Shown here piece after piece: positions 48,447 through 58,847 of a DNA stretch of 64,000 nucleotides (positions within the stretch are counted from its first letter, which is position 1; the number at the start of each line of letters is the position of its first letter). The stretch is taken from NCBI GenBank assembly GCA_001002135.1, contig LCLP01000001.1, positions 294,274-358,273 of the forward strand, given 5' to 3'. The DNA is from Candidatus Pacebacteria bacterium GW2011_GWA1_46_10. GTDB lineage: Bacteria; Patescibacteriota; Microgenomatia; UBA1400; PJMF01. The notes under the pieces are model-generated. The model saw only the letters and a program-made list of their open reading frames with translations, had not been told where the DNA came from and did no database searches. The position numbers and the translations under genes are program-made.

Positions 48447-50039
48447 ATGCCTTGGCATCTTAAACATCGTCCACACACCATCGGTGAACTTCACTTGAAA
48501 GAAGTGAGGGAGATGTTTCAGCAACTGATGAAGCAGGGGCGTTTTCCACAGGTGTTACTCTTTGCCGGCCCCAAGGGTACGGGTAAGACTTCAACCTCTC
48601 GGATCATTGGGGCGCTTTTGAATGATACTGCTAATGAAAAAATCGTCGATCATATTTTTTTTGGACAGAGGGCACCAGCCACCACTCAGTTGAAAGAACC
48701 AAACACTGACACCGAGTTTGCTCGACAGGTGTATAGCGGCAACTCGTTTGTCGTGCAAGAGATGGACGCGGCTTCGTATCGTGGCATTGATGATGTCAGG
48801 GCTTTGAAGGAACGAGTGATGTTGCCGCCTCAGCAGGGAAAGATTGCGGTCTACATTTTGGATGAGGCACACATGTTTACCACCGAGGCTTTTAATGCGT
48901 TGTTGAAGCTGTTGGAAGAACCGCCGCCTCACGCGGTTTTTATTTTGGCCACCACTGAGTTGCATAAAATTCCTGAGACGATTGCTTCCCGGGCGACCAA
49001 AGTCGATTTTCGTAAAGCTACCCACGAAGAACTAATGTCAGCCTTGGAAACAGTAGCCAAACAGGAAAAACTACAATATAAACCTGAGGCTTTGGCCAGG
49101 GTGGCTGATCAAGCTGACGGCAGTTTCCGCGACGCGGTGAAGTTGTTGGAGTTAGTGGCCGGCACAGGGAAAGTCTCCACCGAAACGGTCGAAGCGGTCT
49201 TGGGTGAGGGGGTGAGCCAAATTATCAGTCAACTGATTTTGGCGGTGGTCCAAAAGGATGTGGAGACAGTCGTCGCTTTAATGACTGATCTGCGTGAGCG
49301 CAACATTCATGAAACTTACTTTTATAAAACGCTCTTTACCGCTCTTCATCGTTCATTGATGCAGGATCTGGGAGTAAAGGAGGGTGAGCCGTTGGTGACG
49401 GCCAAGGTGGCTCGGTTTTTATTGCAGGAGCTTCTAAAAGCTGAGTTGCAACAGTCGTCGCCGGTGCCGTTTTTGAGTTTGGAGTTGAAGTTGTTGGAGA
49501 TTATTGAGCGGGCGCGTGACCAGCATGGTTCAACGACCGACAGCAAAAAAAAAATGAGTAAAACGGCGGTCAGTTCAGTTGAGCGGCTGACTCCTTCAAC
49601 CACGCTGTCAGCTTCTTTACCTAAGGAAAAGACAGTCAGTGCTGATTCGACCGATGAGGGAGTGCCGTCGGTCGTCAGTATTGGCCCACAAATTGATGAA
49701 GATATTCAAGAGTTAGGCAAAAACTTAGTGGCCCAGTGGGAGCGGTTTCTCCAGTTGATCGAGGAGCGCAACGCCACCCTGGCTGCTCTGTTGCGCTCAA
49801 GCAAACCAGTGCTGACGGCCGACGGCATTCCTCAGGTTGGGGTGTATTACAAATTCCATCAAGAACAACTGCAGCAGCAGAAATATATGTCACTGATTCA
49901 GGATTGTGCTCGTGATGTGGTTGGCACACCCTTGCCGTTGGTGATCGCCCTGCAGCGGGCACCCACCGAAGCCTCACTAGTAGAAGTAGCAGAGGTGACT
50001 GAAAACTTGACAGAATTGGCCGAAGAGGCTTTGCTATAG
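48447..50039 (+). CDS. dnaX: DNA polymerase III subunit gamma/tau
   Basis: Walker A GPKGTGKTS. Clamp-loader box LLKLLEEPP and Walker B LDEAHM. Confidence 0.9.
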   Translation: MPWHLKHRPHTIGELHLKEVREMFQQLMKQGRFPQVLLFAGPKGTGKTSTSRIIGALLNDTANEKIVDHIFFGQRAPATTQLKEPNTDTEFARQVYSGNSFVVQEMDAASYRGIDDVRALKERVMLPPQQGKIAVYILDEAHMFTTEAFNALLKLLEEPPPHAVFILATTELHKIPETIASRATKVDFRKATHEELMSALETVAKQEKLQYKPEALARVADQADGSFRDAVKLLELVAGTGKVSTETVEAVLGEGVSQIISQLILAVVQKDVETVVALMTDLRERNIHETYFYKTLFTALHRSLMQDLGVKEGEPLVTAKVARFLLQELLKAELQQSSPVPFLSLELKLLEIIERARDQHGSTTDSKKKMSKTAVSSVERLTPSTTLSASLPKEKTVSADSTDEGVPSVVSIGPQIDEDIQELGKNLVAQWERFLQLIEERNATLAALLRSSKPVLTADGIPQVGVYYKFHQEQLQQQKYMSLIQDCARDVVGTPLPLVIALQRAPTEASLVEVAEVTENLTELAEEALL

Positions 50040-50084
50040 CATCGGAAAATAGGTACAATTAAGTCAGTAAAGGGAAAGGAAATA

Positions 50085-50372
50085 ATGTCAAATCCATTAA
50101 AAGCACTCGGCGACCTTAATAAATTGCGTCAGCAAGCCAAGAAAATGCAGCAGGAGCTGGCGGCCGAAGAAATTCGAGTAGAAGAGGGTGATATTGTGGT
50201 GGTGATTTCTGGTGATCAGAAAATCAAGCAGTTTTCGGTGCAAGGCGTGAGTAGCAATGAAGCGGTTGAGGTTTTGAATAAAGCGATCAAGAAATCGCAA
50301 GAAGTGGCCGCTCGCAAGTTGCAGGCTATGACCGGCGGGCTTGGTGGCATGCTCGGTGGTGGTGGTCAGTAG
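50085..50372 (+). CDS. ybaB: Nucleoid-associated protein YbaB/EbfC
   Basis: Typical 95-aa sequence (LNKLRQQAKKMQQEL...) with Gly-rich tail. Conserved position after dnaX. Confidence 0.85.
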   Translation: MSNPLKALGDLNKLRQQAKKMQQELAAEEIRVEEGDIVVVISGDQKIKQFSVQGVSSNEAVEVLNKAIKKSQEVAARKLQAMTGGLGGMLGGGGQ

Positions 50373-50381
50373 TTTGGTTTC

Positions 50382-50966
50382 ATGACACGGATTTTGTTTG
50401 CCACTCGCAACGGAAATAAACTCCATGAGGTGAAGGCGATTCTTCCGGACGTGAAGTGGTTAACTCCCGCTGATTTTCCTGTTTTAGCTGATTTTGAACC
50501 GCCAGAAACAGGCGAGACCTTTGAAGCGAACGCAGCCATTAAAGCGCGGGAATATGGTGATCGAAGCCAGGCAACAACAGTGTCGGAAGACGCGGGGTTG
50601 ATGGTCGATGCTTTGGGTGGTGAGCCTGGAGTGCGCTCTGCCCGTTGGATTCCAGGCAGTGACCAGGATCGGTATCAAGCGTTGCTTGATCGACTTGGTC
50701 AAGAAAACAATCGCTCCGCTCGGTTTGTGGCCGTCATCAGTTGGTATGACCCACAAACCAAACTCCTGCGATCGTTTCGCGGTGAAATGCCTGGGGTGAT
50801 TGCCTGGGAGCCTCAGGGAACGAATGGGTTTGGCTATGATCCAGTTTTTATACCTAAAGGATTTGACCAAACTTACGCTCAGCTTGGTGACGTTATCAAA
50901 AACCAAATTAGCCACCGCCGGAGAGCACTTGACAAGTTGGCTGCTTGGCTGCGCTCACGAGGCTGA
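50382..50966 (+). CDS. rdgB: Non-canonical purine NTP pyrophosphatase (Ham1/RdgB)
   Basis: ILFATRNGNKLHEVK N-terminus and FGYDPVF motif. Confidence 0.85.
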   Translation: MTRILFATRNGNKLHEVKAILPDVKWLTPADFPVLADFEPPETGETFEANAAIKAREYGDRSQATTVSEDAGLMVDALGGEPGVRSARWIPGSDQDRYQALLDRLGQENNRSARFVAVISWYDPQTKLLRSFRGEMPGVIAWEPQGTNGFGYDPVFIPKGFDQTYAQLGDVIKNQISHRRRALDKLAAWLRSRG

Positions 50967-52241
50967 GAAATCTTTCAGCTGTTTCTCAACGATCACTGGT
51001 TTAACAAACTGCTTGACTATTGTCTGACTATTGACGACGTTGAGCTCTTTAAAGAAGAACGCGAACCGGTCAGTGAATGAAGCTCTGATAGTTTGGCGTG
51101 TTGCCGCTGGCAAGTCCCACAGTCGTTGCTTGAATGGCCCGAGCGCCTTTTTTCTCAGCTTGTAGTGAAACTGCTCGTCAGTGTGCTTTGGCTTGCGCTC
51201 GTCACTGTGGTGTTGATCAATGTACTGATACATCTCTCGCACCAGTGATTTGGGCATGGCTGGGTGATCCAACAGCATGTTTTGAAAGCCTGTAGCCAGG
51301 TGTACCTCGAGTGCTTCGAACTTGACAAACTGATTGAAATATTTGTCAGGCAGAGTTGAGGCTCCATGCTGGACAGTGCCGCCGATTTGATACTGACTTT
51401 GAGCAGCTTTGGTAATGTTCTTGAGGATTGAGAAATCAACATCAATGTCAGCCAAAGTGCCGTCAGCCAACACTTTCCCGCCATGATCGGTGCCGGTTTG
51501 GACACTGATTTTACTGATGCCAGTCAAGCCCTTTGGCAGGCCTTTTTGGAAGCCAGCCATAAAGGCGGTAAAGTCAGCCACCGTGCTGTTACGACCGCCG
51601 ACGTGACCGATCTCCACTCCCAGCGAGACAGTGATCCCTGATGGCTCTAGCTGGCGGATGAGTTTGGCAAAGTGAATCGAGTGCTCATAGTTTGGCACTT
51701 GTTGCTGCGCCTCGGTTGGTTTGTCCAGGTCAACCAAGGTGGACATATCGATATCGATGTTGTAAAAGCCAGCTTCAATCGCTTCTTTAATCAGTTTTTC
51801 CAACTTTTCGGTTTCACCTGCCTTGATTTGACCCATGGCGGCGGCCTTGGCCTGGATATGATCGCCTTGGATGAAAAGCGGGCCGCGCCAACCCTCCCGC
51901 AGTGCTGCCGCTGTTACCACACTAATATATTCCTGCGGTGATTGGGCGGTGTAGCCCATTTCTGAGCGAGCAATTTCACAGATCATCGCTCCCACCTTCA
52001 GCTGGTTGGCGGCTTGGAAAACTGCTCGGGCAGTGTCATAGGCCATTCCTCGTAGATTCATGGCGGGGACAGTGAAAGTGTTGGCAAGTTTACCGCGGCC
52101 ACGGGCCAGGTAAAGATCATTAATCGAGCTTAAAATAATCCCAGTCTCCACTCCTTTTTGCCAGATTTCAAAGCGGGCAGCCTGTTTTTCGCTGTCGCTG
52201 CCAAAGACGGCCTGGTAGGCCAGAGTATCAAGGTTTTTCAT
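50955..52241 (-). CDS. fba: Class II fructose-bisphosphate aldolase family protein (long form)
   Basis: Zn-binding GDH (FIQGDHIQ) and FBA class II layout, about 428 aa. Confidence 0.75.
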   Translation of the reverse strand: MKNLDTLAYQAVFGSDSEKQAARFEIWQKGVETGIILSSINDLYLARGRGKLANTFTVPAMNLRGMAYDTARAVFQAANQLKVGAMICEIARSEMGYTAQSPQEYISVVTAAALREGWRGPLFIQGDHIQAKAAAMGQIKAGETEKLEKLIKEAIEAGFYNIDIDMSTLVDLDKPTEAQQQVPNYEHSIHFAKLIRQLEPSGITVSLGVEIGHVGGRNSTVADFTAFMAGFQKGLPKGLTGISKISVQTGTDHGGKVLADGTLADIDVDFSILKNITKAAQSQYQIGGTVQHGASTLPDKYFNQFVKFEALEVHLATGFQNMLLDHPAMPKSLVREMYQYIDQHHSDERKPKHTDEQFHYKLRKKALGPFKQRLWDLPAATRQTIRASFTDRFAFFFKELNVVNSQTIVKQFVKPVIVEKQLKDFSAS

Positions 52242-52252
52242 AAAGACCTCCT

Positions 52253-53257
52253 TTACGTTAAGTGATAGTTAATGGCTTTTTTGTCAAAAACATGAGTGGT
52301 ATCGATAAAACGGATTTTGCCGCTTTGGTTGGTCATCACTAGGGTGTGGGTGCGGGCTCCGCCGCCAAAAAATCTCACCCCTTTGAGAAACTCACCAGTG
52401 GTTACGCCGGTGGCGCAGAAAATGATGGTCTTACCGCTGGCCAGTTCTTGGTGGCTGTAGATTTTTTGAGGATCGCCACCCATTTTTTTCAGCCGTGTTT
52501 TTTCCTGATCATTTTTGGGCCAGAAGCGAGCCTGCATTTCACCCTTCACACACCGCAGCGCCGCGGCGGTCATTACTCCCTCTGGAGCGGCGCCAATCCC
52601 CATCACCGCGTGCACCCCCGTCCCGCGCATACAAACTGCTACCCCGGGAATCAAATCACCGTCGGGAATCAATCTCACTCTGGCACCGGCTTCGCGGATC
52701 TGGGCGATCAGTTCCTCGTGCCGGTCGCGATCCAAGACTGTGACGGTCAAATCTTGAATGGCGCGTTTGAGCACGCGAGCTAGTGTTTTTAAAGTAGTTT
52801 TGACTGGATCATCCAAATGAACTTTACCCACTGCTTCTGGTGGGACTACCAGTTTATTCATATACATATCTGGAGCGTGAAACAAGCCACCTCTTTCACT
52901 GGCTGCTAAGACAGAGAGCGCGCTCGGTCCAAGGGTGGCGGTGGCATTCGTGTTCTCGAGTGGATCAACCGCGATGTCGATCGCTTGGCCATTCCCTTTG
53001 CCCACTTTTTCCCCAATGTAGAGCATCGGTGCTTCGTCACGCTCACCCTCGCCGATGACGATTCGACCGGAGAACCGCATTGAGTTGAGGTGGGTTCGCA
53101 TTGCCTCAACGGCAGCTTGGTCAGCTCCTTTTTTATTGCCAAAACCAGCGGCTCTGGCCGCGCCAATGGCGCCAACTTCAGTGGCGTGTGACAGTTGAAG
53201 GGCGAAAGTGTCTTCCATAGCGATTGTTAGCTGAGAGACCCAGCGATTTCCTTCCAT
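52253..53257 (-). CDS. glpX: Fructose-1,6-bisphosphatase class II
   Basis: N-terminal TEVGAIGAARAAGFG and GlpX-like overall sequence. Confidence 0.9.
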   Translation of the reverse strand: MEGNRWVSQLTIAMEDTFALQLSHATEVGAIGAARAAGFGNKKGADQAAVEAMRTHLNSMRFSGRIVIGEGERDEAPMLYIGEKVGKGNGQAIDIAVDPLENTNATATLGPSALSVLAASERGGLFHAPDMYMNKLVVPPEAVGKVHLDDPVKTTLKTLARVLKRAIQDLTVTVLDRDRHEELIAQIREAGARVRLIPDGDLIPGVAVCMRGTGVHAVMGIGAAPEGVMTAAALRCVKGEMQARFWPKNDQEKTRLKKMGGDPQKIYSHQELASGKTIIFCATGVTTGEFLKGVRFFGGGARTHTLVMTNQSGKIRFIDTTHVFDKKAINYHLT

Positions 53258-54060
53258 CGTTCGCGAGCTGTTTTATAACTGGCCGGTGTTCTGATGTCGA
53301 ACCAGCGGCCTTGGAAAAAGAAAGCGCTCAGCTGGCCGCGCGAAGCCAGCAGGGGAAAGACCTCTTTTTCCAGGGTAAAACTTTCTTTTTTGGGGAAGAG
53401 CTCGAAAACCTTCGGTTCAAAAACATAGACGCCGGTGTTGATAATACTGATACCAGACTCAACACCTTTTTCCAAGAACCGGATGATGTGGTTCCCTTGA
53501 ATGAAGACTTGGCCGTATTTAAGCTCTCCCATCCGCGGTTTGACAGCGATGGTTGCCAGGGTTTTTTCATCAAAATGAAACTTAAACAATTCAGTCAAAT
53601 TAATGGTGGTCAGGACGTCGCTGTGCATCACCAAGAATGGTCCACTGCTTAAAAGTGGCTGGATTTTCTTGACTGCTCCACCGGTACCGAGTGGCTTTTC
53701 TTCCAAACTATATTCGATGGTCAGGCCGAGGTTTTCACCATTACCAAACAGTTTCATGATCGGCTGATCGTCTTTGCCCAGACAAATAATGACGCGGTTG
53801 AGGTGATGCTTTTTGAGCATGCTAAGAGTGTAGGCGAGTAGAGTACTACTCCCGAGTTTAGTGAGGGCTGAGTTATTTTTTCCAGCCAAATCACCGCCTG
53901 CCAAAATGACAGCGGTATGAATGCGGGGAGAGAGTGAACGCTTAATCAGTGTTTCAATGGCGTGCGAACGGTTTTTGATGCTAACCCCATTGATTAGTGA
54001 GTCAATGCTTTGTAGCAAGTCTTGGGTGAGGGTGATGGTTAAACGAGTTTTGGTTCTCAT
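53227..54060 (-). CDS. Ribbon-helix-helix (CopG-like) domain fused to sugar-phosphate nucleotidyltransferase
   Basis: N-terminal TKTRLTITLTQDLLQSIDSL...NRSHAIETLIKRSL (RHH). Followed by AVILAGGDLAG...NTase fold. Confidence 0.7.
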   Translation of the reverse strand: MRTKTRLTITLTQDLLQSIDSLINGVSIKNRSHAIETLIKRSLSPRIHTAVILAGGDLAGKNNSALTKLGSSTLLAYTLSMLKKHHLNRVIICLGKDDQPIMKLFGNGENLGLTIEYSLEEKPLGTGGAVKKIQPLLSSGPFLVMHSDVLTTINLTELFKFHFDEKTLATIAVKPRMGELKYGQVFIQGNHIIRFLEKGVESGISIINTGVYVFEPKVFELFPKKESFTLEKEVFPLLASRGQLSAFFFQGRWFDIRTPASYKTARERWKEIAGSLS

Positions 54061-55346
54061 GGTTTTTTTAAGAGTGGCTTAATGCCTGGTAACATTTTGC
54101 CGCCTAGAAATTCCAGCGCCGCGCCGCCGGCCGCAGACACCACGTCAAAGTGACGGTCAAGTTTGAAGGCGTGAATGGCGCGTAATGTGTCGCCGCCGCC
54201 AATCACGGTCTTGGCGCGGCTGGTGGCAACGGCTTTGGCAATGGCTTGGGTGCCTTTGGCAAACAAAGGTTGTTCAAACACGCCCATCGGTCCGTTCCAG
54301 AAAATAGTTTTGGCTTGTTTGAGAATATCCTGATAAAGTTGGATGGTCTTTGGGCCGATGTCCAGAAACATCCATTGACGGTTTTTTTCATGGTTGTTGC
54401 CGTTGGCCAGGTTGATGACTTTCTTTTCTTTGGGGTGTTGGCTGTCATCGGCCGCGATCACGTCGGATGGGTAAATAATCTTGGGTAAGGGGATATACCC
54501 ATAGAGCATCATTTTTTCAGTCTTGGTGTTATGAATAAGGTGTTGAGCGACCGAGACAAATGAAACACCCTCTTTTTTCTCGTCGGCTGGGGCATCTTCA
54601 AGGTAAGAGCGGTACACTTCTAAGCCGTCGGCTTTTAGGAAGTTATTGGCGACTCCACCGCCGACCAGTACCACATCGGCTACTTGACTCAAGTTGGCGA
54701 TGGCCTCCACTTTGTCCGAAATCTTGGCGCCGCCGATCACGGCCACAAAGGGGCGGGCGGGTTGATGCATGATAGTGCTGAGTTGTGTTACTTCATCAAT
54801 CAGGGCAAACCCCGCGGCAGCAGGCAGGTAGCGCGTCACGCCGGCCACTGAAGCGTGGGCTCGGTGGGCGGAGGCGAAACCATCATTGACATAAACGTCG
54901 GCCAAACGGGCGAGTTGTTTGGCAAAGGCAGGGTCGTTAGTGCGCTCGCCAGGATCAAAACGGCTGTTTTCCAACATTAAGACTTCACCTGGTTGAAGTT
55001 GACTGACGGCTTTTTCGGCCTGTGGTCCGGCTGGGACAGCCACACTCACGACCGGTTTTTTGAGCAGTGTGGCCAGGTGTTGAGCCACTGGTTTGGTGCG
55101 GTATTTTGCCACCACCTCGCCTTTTGGCCGACCAAGGTGGGAGGTAATAATGATTTTAGCTTGATTTTTGATCAGAAATTGGAGAGTAGGTAGCGTAATT
55201 TTGATGCGGGAATCATCAGCCACTGTCGTTCGGCCAGCATCCGTCTTCAGGGGGACGTTATAGTCGACTTTAAGAAGCACTTTTTTATGGCGCACAAAGT
55301 CAGCGGTTACCTTTTTTAAGGTAAGGGGTGATTGGCCTCCATTCAT
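54057..55346 (-). CDS. pgk: Phosphoglycerate kinase
   Basis: VDYNVPL, ITSHLGRPKG and GGGD...LPG motifs. Start taken at MNGGQ. Confidence 0.9.
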   Translation of the reverse strand: MNGGQSPLTLKKVTADFVRHKKVLLKVDYNVPLKTDAGRTTVADDSRIKITLPTLQFLIKNQAKIIITSHLGRPKGEVVAKYRTKPVAQHLATLLKKPVVSVAVPAGPQAEKAVSQLQPGEVLMLENSRFDPGERTNDPAFAKQLARLADVYVNDGFASAHRAHASVAGVTRYLPAAAGFALIDEVTQLSTIMHQPARPFVAVIGGAKISDKVEAIANLSQVADVVLVGGGVANNFLKADGLEVYRSYLEDAPADEKKEGVSFVSVAQHLIHNTKTEKMMLYGYIPLPKIIYPSDVIAADDSQHPKEKKVINLANGNNHEKNRQWMFLDIGPKTIQLYQDILKQAKTIFWNGPMGVFEQPLFAKGTQAIAKAVATSRAKTVIGGGDTLRAIHAFKLDRHFDVVSAAGGAALEFLGGKMLPGIKPLLKKP

Positions 55347-55384
55347 ACCTTTGTCATACACTCTACGACTGGTAAATGAAAATG

Positions 55385-55936
55385 TCAAACCTGGGTTTTG
55401 GGGAGTTTAGGGGAGCGGGGTTTTTGCTTTGGGTGCCGGCGACTGGAGCGTTGGTGATTGGCAGTAGTTTTGGGGTTAATCACTCGCTCAAACTGAAAAA
55501 TAAGGTACCAACCTACTAGAAAGGTGAGGGTAAACCAGAGCACTGAGTGGTGAATAAGAATCACGTTGTAAAGTTTTACTAAAGTGAGGGCGGCTGCGGC
55601 CGTGGCCCAGGCTTGCCAACCTGACGCTCGTCGCCGTTCATCGGCGAGCGGAGCAAAAGCCTTGAAGTAAAGCACTCCAACCGCAATGCTCAGCGCGCCG
55701 GCCAGAACATACAACCAAGGTGGCACGTTAATCAAGGTAGCCAAAATATAAGGGAGAGTCCGGTAGCGTAAACCCCAAGAGATGTCACGCAGACCAGTTA
55801 TCACCTGGACCAACCCCCGTAGGAAAACGTACCAGGAGAGGTACGGCACCAACGGACGGAGGATTTTGGTAGGCAGGTGAGGCAAGGGTGCTAAGAAATT
55901 TCTTAAGACCGTCACCAGTGCAGTAAGCCACGCCAT
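55385..55936 (-). CDS. polytopic membrane protein, hypothetical
   Basis: Five to six TM segments and a basic C-terminal tail. Confidence 0.4.
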   Translation of the reverse strand: MAWLTALVTVLRNFLAPLPHLPTKILRPLVPYLSWYVFLRGLVQVITGLRDISWGLRYRTLPYILATLINVPPWLYVLAGALSIAVGVLYFKAFAPLADERRRASGWQAWATAAAALTLVKLYNVILIHHSVLWFTLTFLVGWYLIFQFERVINPKTTANHQRSSRRHPKQKPRSPKLPKTQV

Positions 55937-55944
55937 GCTGTTTA

Positions 55945-56286
55945 TTATAGCGATTGGCGGGTGAACGTAAACAAGACGGAGTTAAGATTCACGATGCGGT
56001 TGTTTTGAACTCTGACACCCTCTTTTTTAAGTAAATTGGCTTTTTTCGTCAGTGCTGGTTGGCTTTGAGAACCATTGAAACCATGCAGTAAACCGTTGCT
56101 AGCCACGACGCGGTGACAAGGAATGATTGGGGCCTGAGGGTTGCAGCGTAGCACTTGGCCAATGGCGCGATAAGCCTTGGTGCCTAAGGCTTGGGCTAGG
56201 GCTTTGTAAGTAGTCACTTGGCCGGCCGGGACTTGTTTGGTCAACGCGTAGACTTGTTTGGCAAAGTTAGAAGGAGCTTTTGTCAT
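55945..56286 (-). CDS. ogt: Methylated-DNA--protein-cysteine methyltransferase
   Basis: PCHRVV active site and HTH. Confidence 0.85.
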   Translation of the reverse strand: MTKAPSNFAKQVYALTKQVPAGQVTTYKALAQALGTKAYRAIGQVLRCNPQAPIIPCHRVVASNGLLHGFNGSQSQPALTKKANLLKKEGVRVQNNRIVNLNSVLFTFTRQSL

Positions 56287-56777
56287 TTTACTTGTCCCAG
56301 AGTAAAATATCGCTAATGGTTCATTCGGTCAATCACAACATTAAAACTCTCCAACCACACTCTGGCGCCATTATCATGGCGCTCTATCACTATTTGAAGT
56401 TTCCTGAGTTTCACAACTTTGGGGTGCGTCTCACTTATCCCTTTTCTAAGGTGTATCACGTCGAGTTGTCACATATCATGAAAGACGAGTGGGTTTTTCG
56501 CACTGGCAAAGATTGGCCCTGTTACTCGCGAGTGTACCCGAAAGCCAATTTTACGGAGTTTCGCCTTCGTCATGATCACTCCAGCGTGGAAGAGGAGTTT
56601 CGGATTGAGGGCAGGCGGTTGTATTTTGGCCGGTTGCGCACCGAGGCCGGTTTATACGTGCAATTTCAAGGTGATTTTCTTCACCCTAAGTTTGTCCAGC
56701 TGATTGAAGAATACCGTTTACCGGATGGGACGATTCACTATCCCAAGCGGGAGTATCAAATTGACGTGGTTTGGTAA
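56280..56777 (+). CDS. hypothetical protein
   Basis: ORF only. Start uncertain (Met candidates at 56316 and 56376). Confidence 0.4.
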   Translation: MSFYLSQSKISLMVHSVNHNIKTLQPHSGAIIMALYHYLKFPEFHNFGVRLTYPFSKVYHVELSHIMKDEWVFRTGKDWPCYSRVYPKANFTEFRLRHDHSSVEEEFRIEGRRLYFGRLRTEAGLYVQFQGDFLHPKFVQLIEEYRLPDGTIHYPKREYQIDVVW

Positions 56778-56804
56778 GTTGGCGGAGGTTTTTAACTGGT
56801 GCAG

Positions 56805-57536
56805 TTATTTTTCAGCCTTTTTTGCCCAGAACTGACTAGAAGTGAAGAGCGAATTAAAGGTGCCAGCATCAGACCAGAAACCTTTGAGTTCTTCCCACCG
56901 TAGCGCTTTATCTTGGATATAGAAGTTGTTCACTTGGGTAATTTCCAGCTGGTTGCGACCGGCAAAGTTGGGGTCGCATTGGCGAATGTAATCAAAGACT
57001 TTGTTGTCGTAGATGTACAGGCCAGTGACGGCAAAGTCTGAGGCTGGTTTTTCCGGTTTTTCATCAATGCGAGCAATTTTGGTTTTGTCTTTTGGGTCAA
57101 AGGCTGGTACACCAAAGCGTTGTGGGTCTGGCACTTTTTTCAAAAAGATGACCGCGCCTTCCTTAAAGTTAGCCGCTGGTTTTTTAATGTCGGCGTCAGT
57201 GGTATTGTCGCCCAGAATCACGGCGATCGACTGGCCATCAGCAAAGTCCTCCGCAATGGCGAGCGCGTCAGCAATGCCGCCGTCCGGTTTTTCTTGGTAA
57301 GCGTACTCCAAATGATTGACTCCTAACTCTTTGCCGTTTTTGAGGGTGCCCAAAAAATGGCCGACGTGTGGGCCGCTGGTAATAATCATAATGTCGGTAA
57401 TCCCGGCGTCAACTAAAGTTTGGATGGGGTAAAAAATCATTGGCTTGTTGTAGACCGGCAACAAGTGTTTGTTAGTTACGTGGGTCAGCGGATAGAGTCG
57501 TGTCCCCAGGCCACCAGCGAGAATAACGCCCTTCAT
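56805..57536 (-). CDS. Glucose-1-phosphate thymidylyltransferase-like nucleotidyltransferase
   Basis: MKGVILAGGLGTRLYPLT signature. Confidence 0.85.
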   Translation of the reverse strand: MKGVILAGGLGTRLYPLTHVTNKHLLPVYNKPMIFYPIQTLVDAGITDIMIITSGPHVGHFLGTLKNGKELGVNHLEYAYQEKPDGGIADALAIAEDFADGQSIAVILGDNTTDADIKKPAANFKEGAVIFLKKVPDPQRFGVPAFDPKDKTKIARIDEKPEKPASDFAVTGLYIYDNKVFDYIRQCDPNFAGRNQLEITQVNNFYIQDKALRWEELKGFWSDAGTFNSLFTSSQFWAKKAEK

Positions 57537-57588
57537 AGGGATTTACTATAACATCGATGATTTAAAATGCAAAGCGATTTTAATAGCC

Positions 57589-57840
57589 CTACTGCATCAT
57601 CTGTTGACCGGCTGGCATCATCAGCTCGAATGACTCGGAGTCTCGCCAGTTGCGGCCGTCCATCATTCGCTCCAGTCGTAAACCTCGTTCAGCTACATCC
57701 AGTCCGACCGTGCCTGTTCTGGCTAAAGTCATGACGGCCATGGTCACGACCAAAAATGCGAGGCTTAAGCCAATCAGGAATAAGCCCAAGCCGATCGGCG
57801 AGCTCCAACTATACCAAGTGTGTGAATTTCGTGCTGGCAT
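57589..57840 (-). CDS. small membrane protein, hypothetical
   Basis: ORF with two TM segments. Confidence 0.3.
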   Translation of the reverse strand: MPARNSHTWYSWSSPIGLGLFLIGLSLAFLVVTMAVMTLARTGTVGLDVAERGLRLERMMDGRNWRDSESFELMMPAGQQMMQ

Positions 57841-57903
57841 AGCAAACCTTTCGTTGTTATTAATACTGATTAACTATAGCATAACTGTTTCTTTTTGATG
57901 TAG

Positions 57904-57930
57904 TTATAAAAAAGCCTGGGCTGGTGCCCA
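57904..57930 (-). terminator. Rho-independent terminator for the CHRD-like gene
   Basis: gcctgggc-tggtg-cccaggc. On the minus strand it is followed by tttttt. Confidence 0.65.
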
Positions 57931-57961
57931 GGCTTCTTATTCAATCTCAAAACTCAGTTGC

Positions 57962-58495
57962 TTAATAATTCACTGCCTCAGTGGGGGTTTTCTCCATTGT
58001 GGCCTCTCCACCAATCGGTAAATCACCGCACGCGGTGTAGGTGCTCGACTCGGCAGCCGATTGATGCACGTTGATGGCCAGCGGGTCACCGGCAGCTATC
58101 AGCTCATCCCAGCTGACGTCGAGTGTGGTGACTGATTCGCCGTCAACGACGTTACTTAAGGGATAGACCACTGCGCCTGGTTTCGGGCACGCGCCGGCGT
58201 GAATATGCGCTGGTTGTGGCGCGGTGAACGTGCCGCCGGTCAGAGTGAGCATCACGACCAACATGCCGTTGGCATCTTCACTTAAAACGGCTGTCCCACT
58301 TTGTCCCAAGTCACTTTGTTCCTCCAAGGCGACTTCGACGGGCGTCATGATAGTTGGTGTTTCCTCGGTAGTCAACTCGGATTGGGTTGGTGAGGTGACT
58401 GTAGGAGTAGGCGTGGTGGATTGGTTGATCCAGTACCACACTGTTAGTATCACCAGCACGGCGATGACCAACCACAGCAAGTAGTTGAACTTCAT
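57962..58495 (-). CDS. Secreted CHRD-like domain protein
   Basis: Signal anchor, Thr/Pro linker, AHIHAGACP motif reminiscent of the CHRD HIH signature. Confidence 0.5.
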   Translation of the reverse strand: MKFNYLLWLVIAVLVILTVWYWINQSTTPTPTVTSPTQSELTTEETPTIMTPVEVALEEQSDLGQSGTAVLSEDANGMLVVMLTLTGGTFTAPQPAHIHAGACPKPGAVVYPLSNVVDGESVTTLDVSWDELIAAGDPLAINVHQSAAESSTYTACGDLPIGGEATMEKTPTEAVNY

Positions 58496-58847
58496 AATAA
58501 AAACCTTTCTCTGGCTGATACAACAAGCATCCGGCCAGTTGTATTATTAGGTAATCAGAGCCTATCACACCAACAGACGCTCTTTTGTAAAAAAACTTAC
58601 AATTTTACCGATAATCCCAACTATTTGACGTGGCTGAATCGACACTGATCGGTCGTCAAAAATGATACAATGACACCGCTTTACCAAAGCCGGCCCGATC
58701 AACTAACGATTGGGCTTTTTTGTCTTTGGCAAAGCAGATCTTTAAAAACTGAAAAAGTATTCAAAACTCAAAGGAGGTGCATCGCACAAAAACTGCAGTT
58801 CGCAATTGTCTCAAAATCACACACTGTTTAGAAAAGGAGAAGTAAAG

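Noticed and set aside
52346-53175. Cluster of + and - strand ORFs (60-145 aa) inside glpX
   Set aside because: Antisense or out-of-frame shadows of the GC-rich glpX coding sequence. Pro/Arg/Ser-rich nonsense translations.
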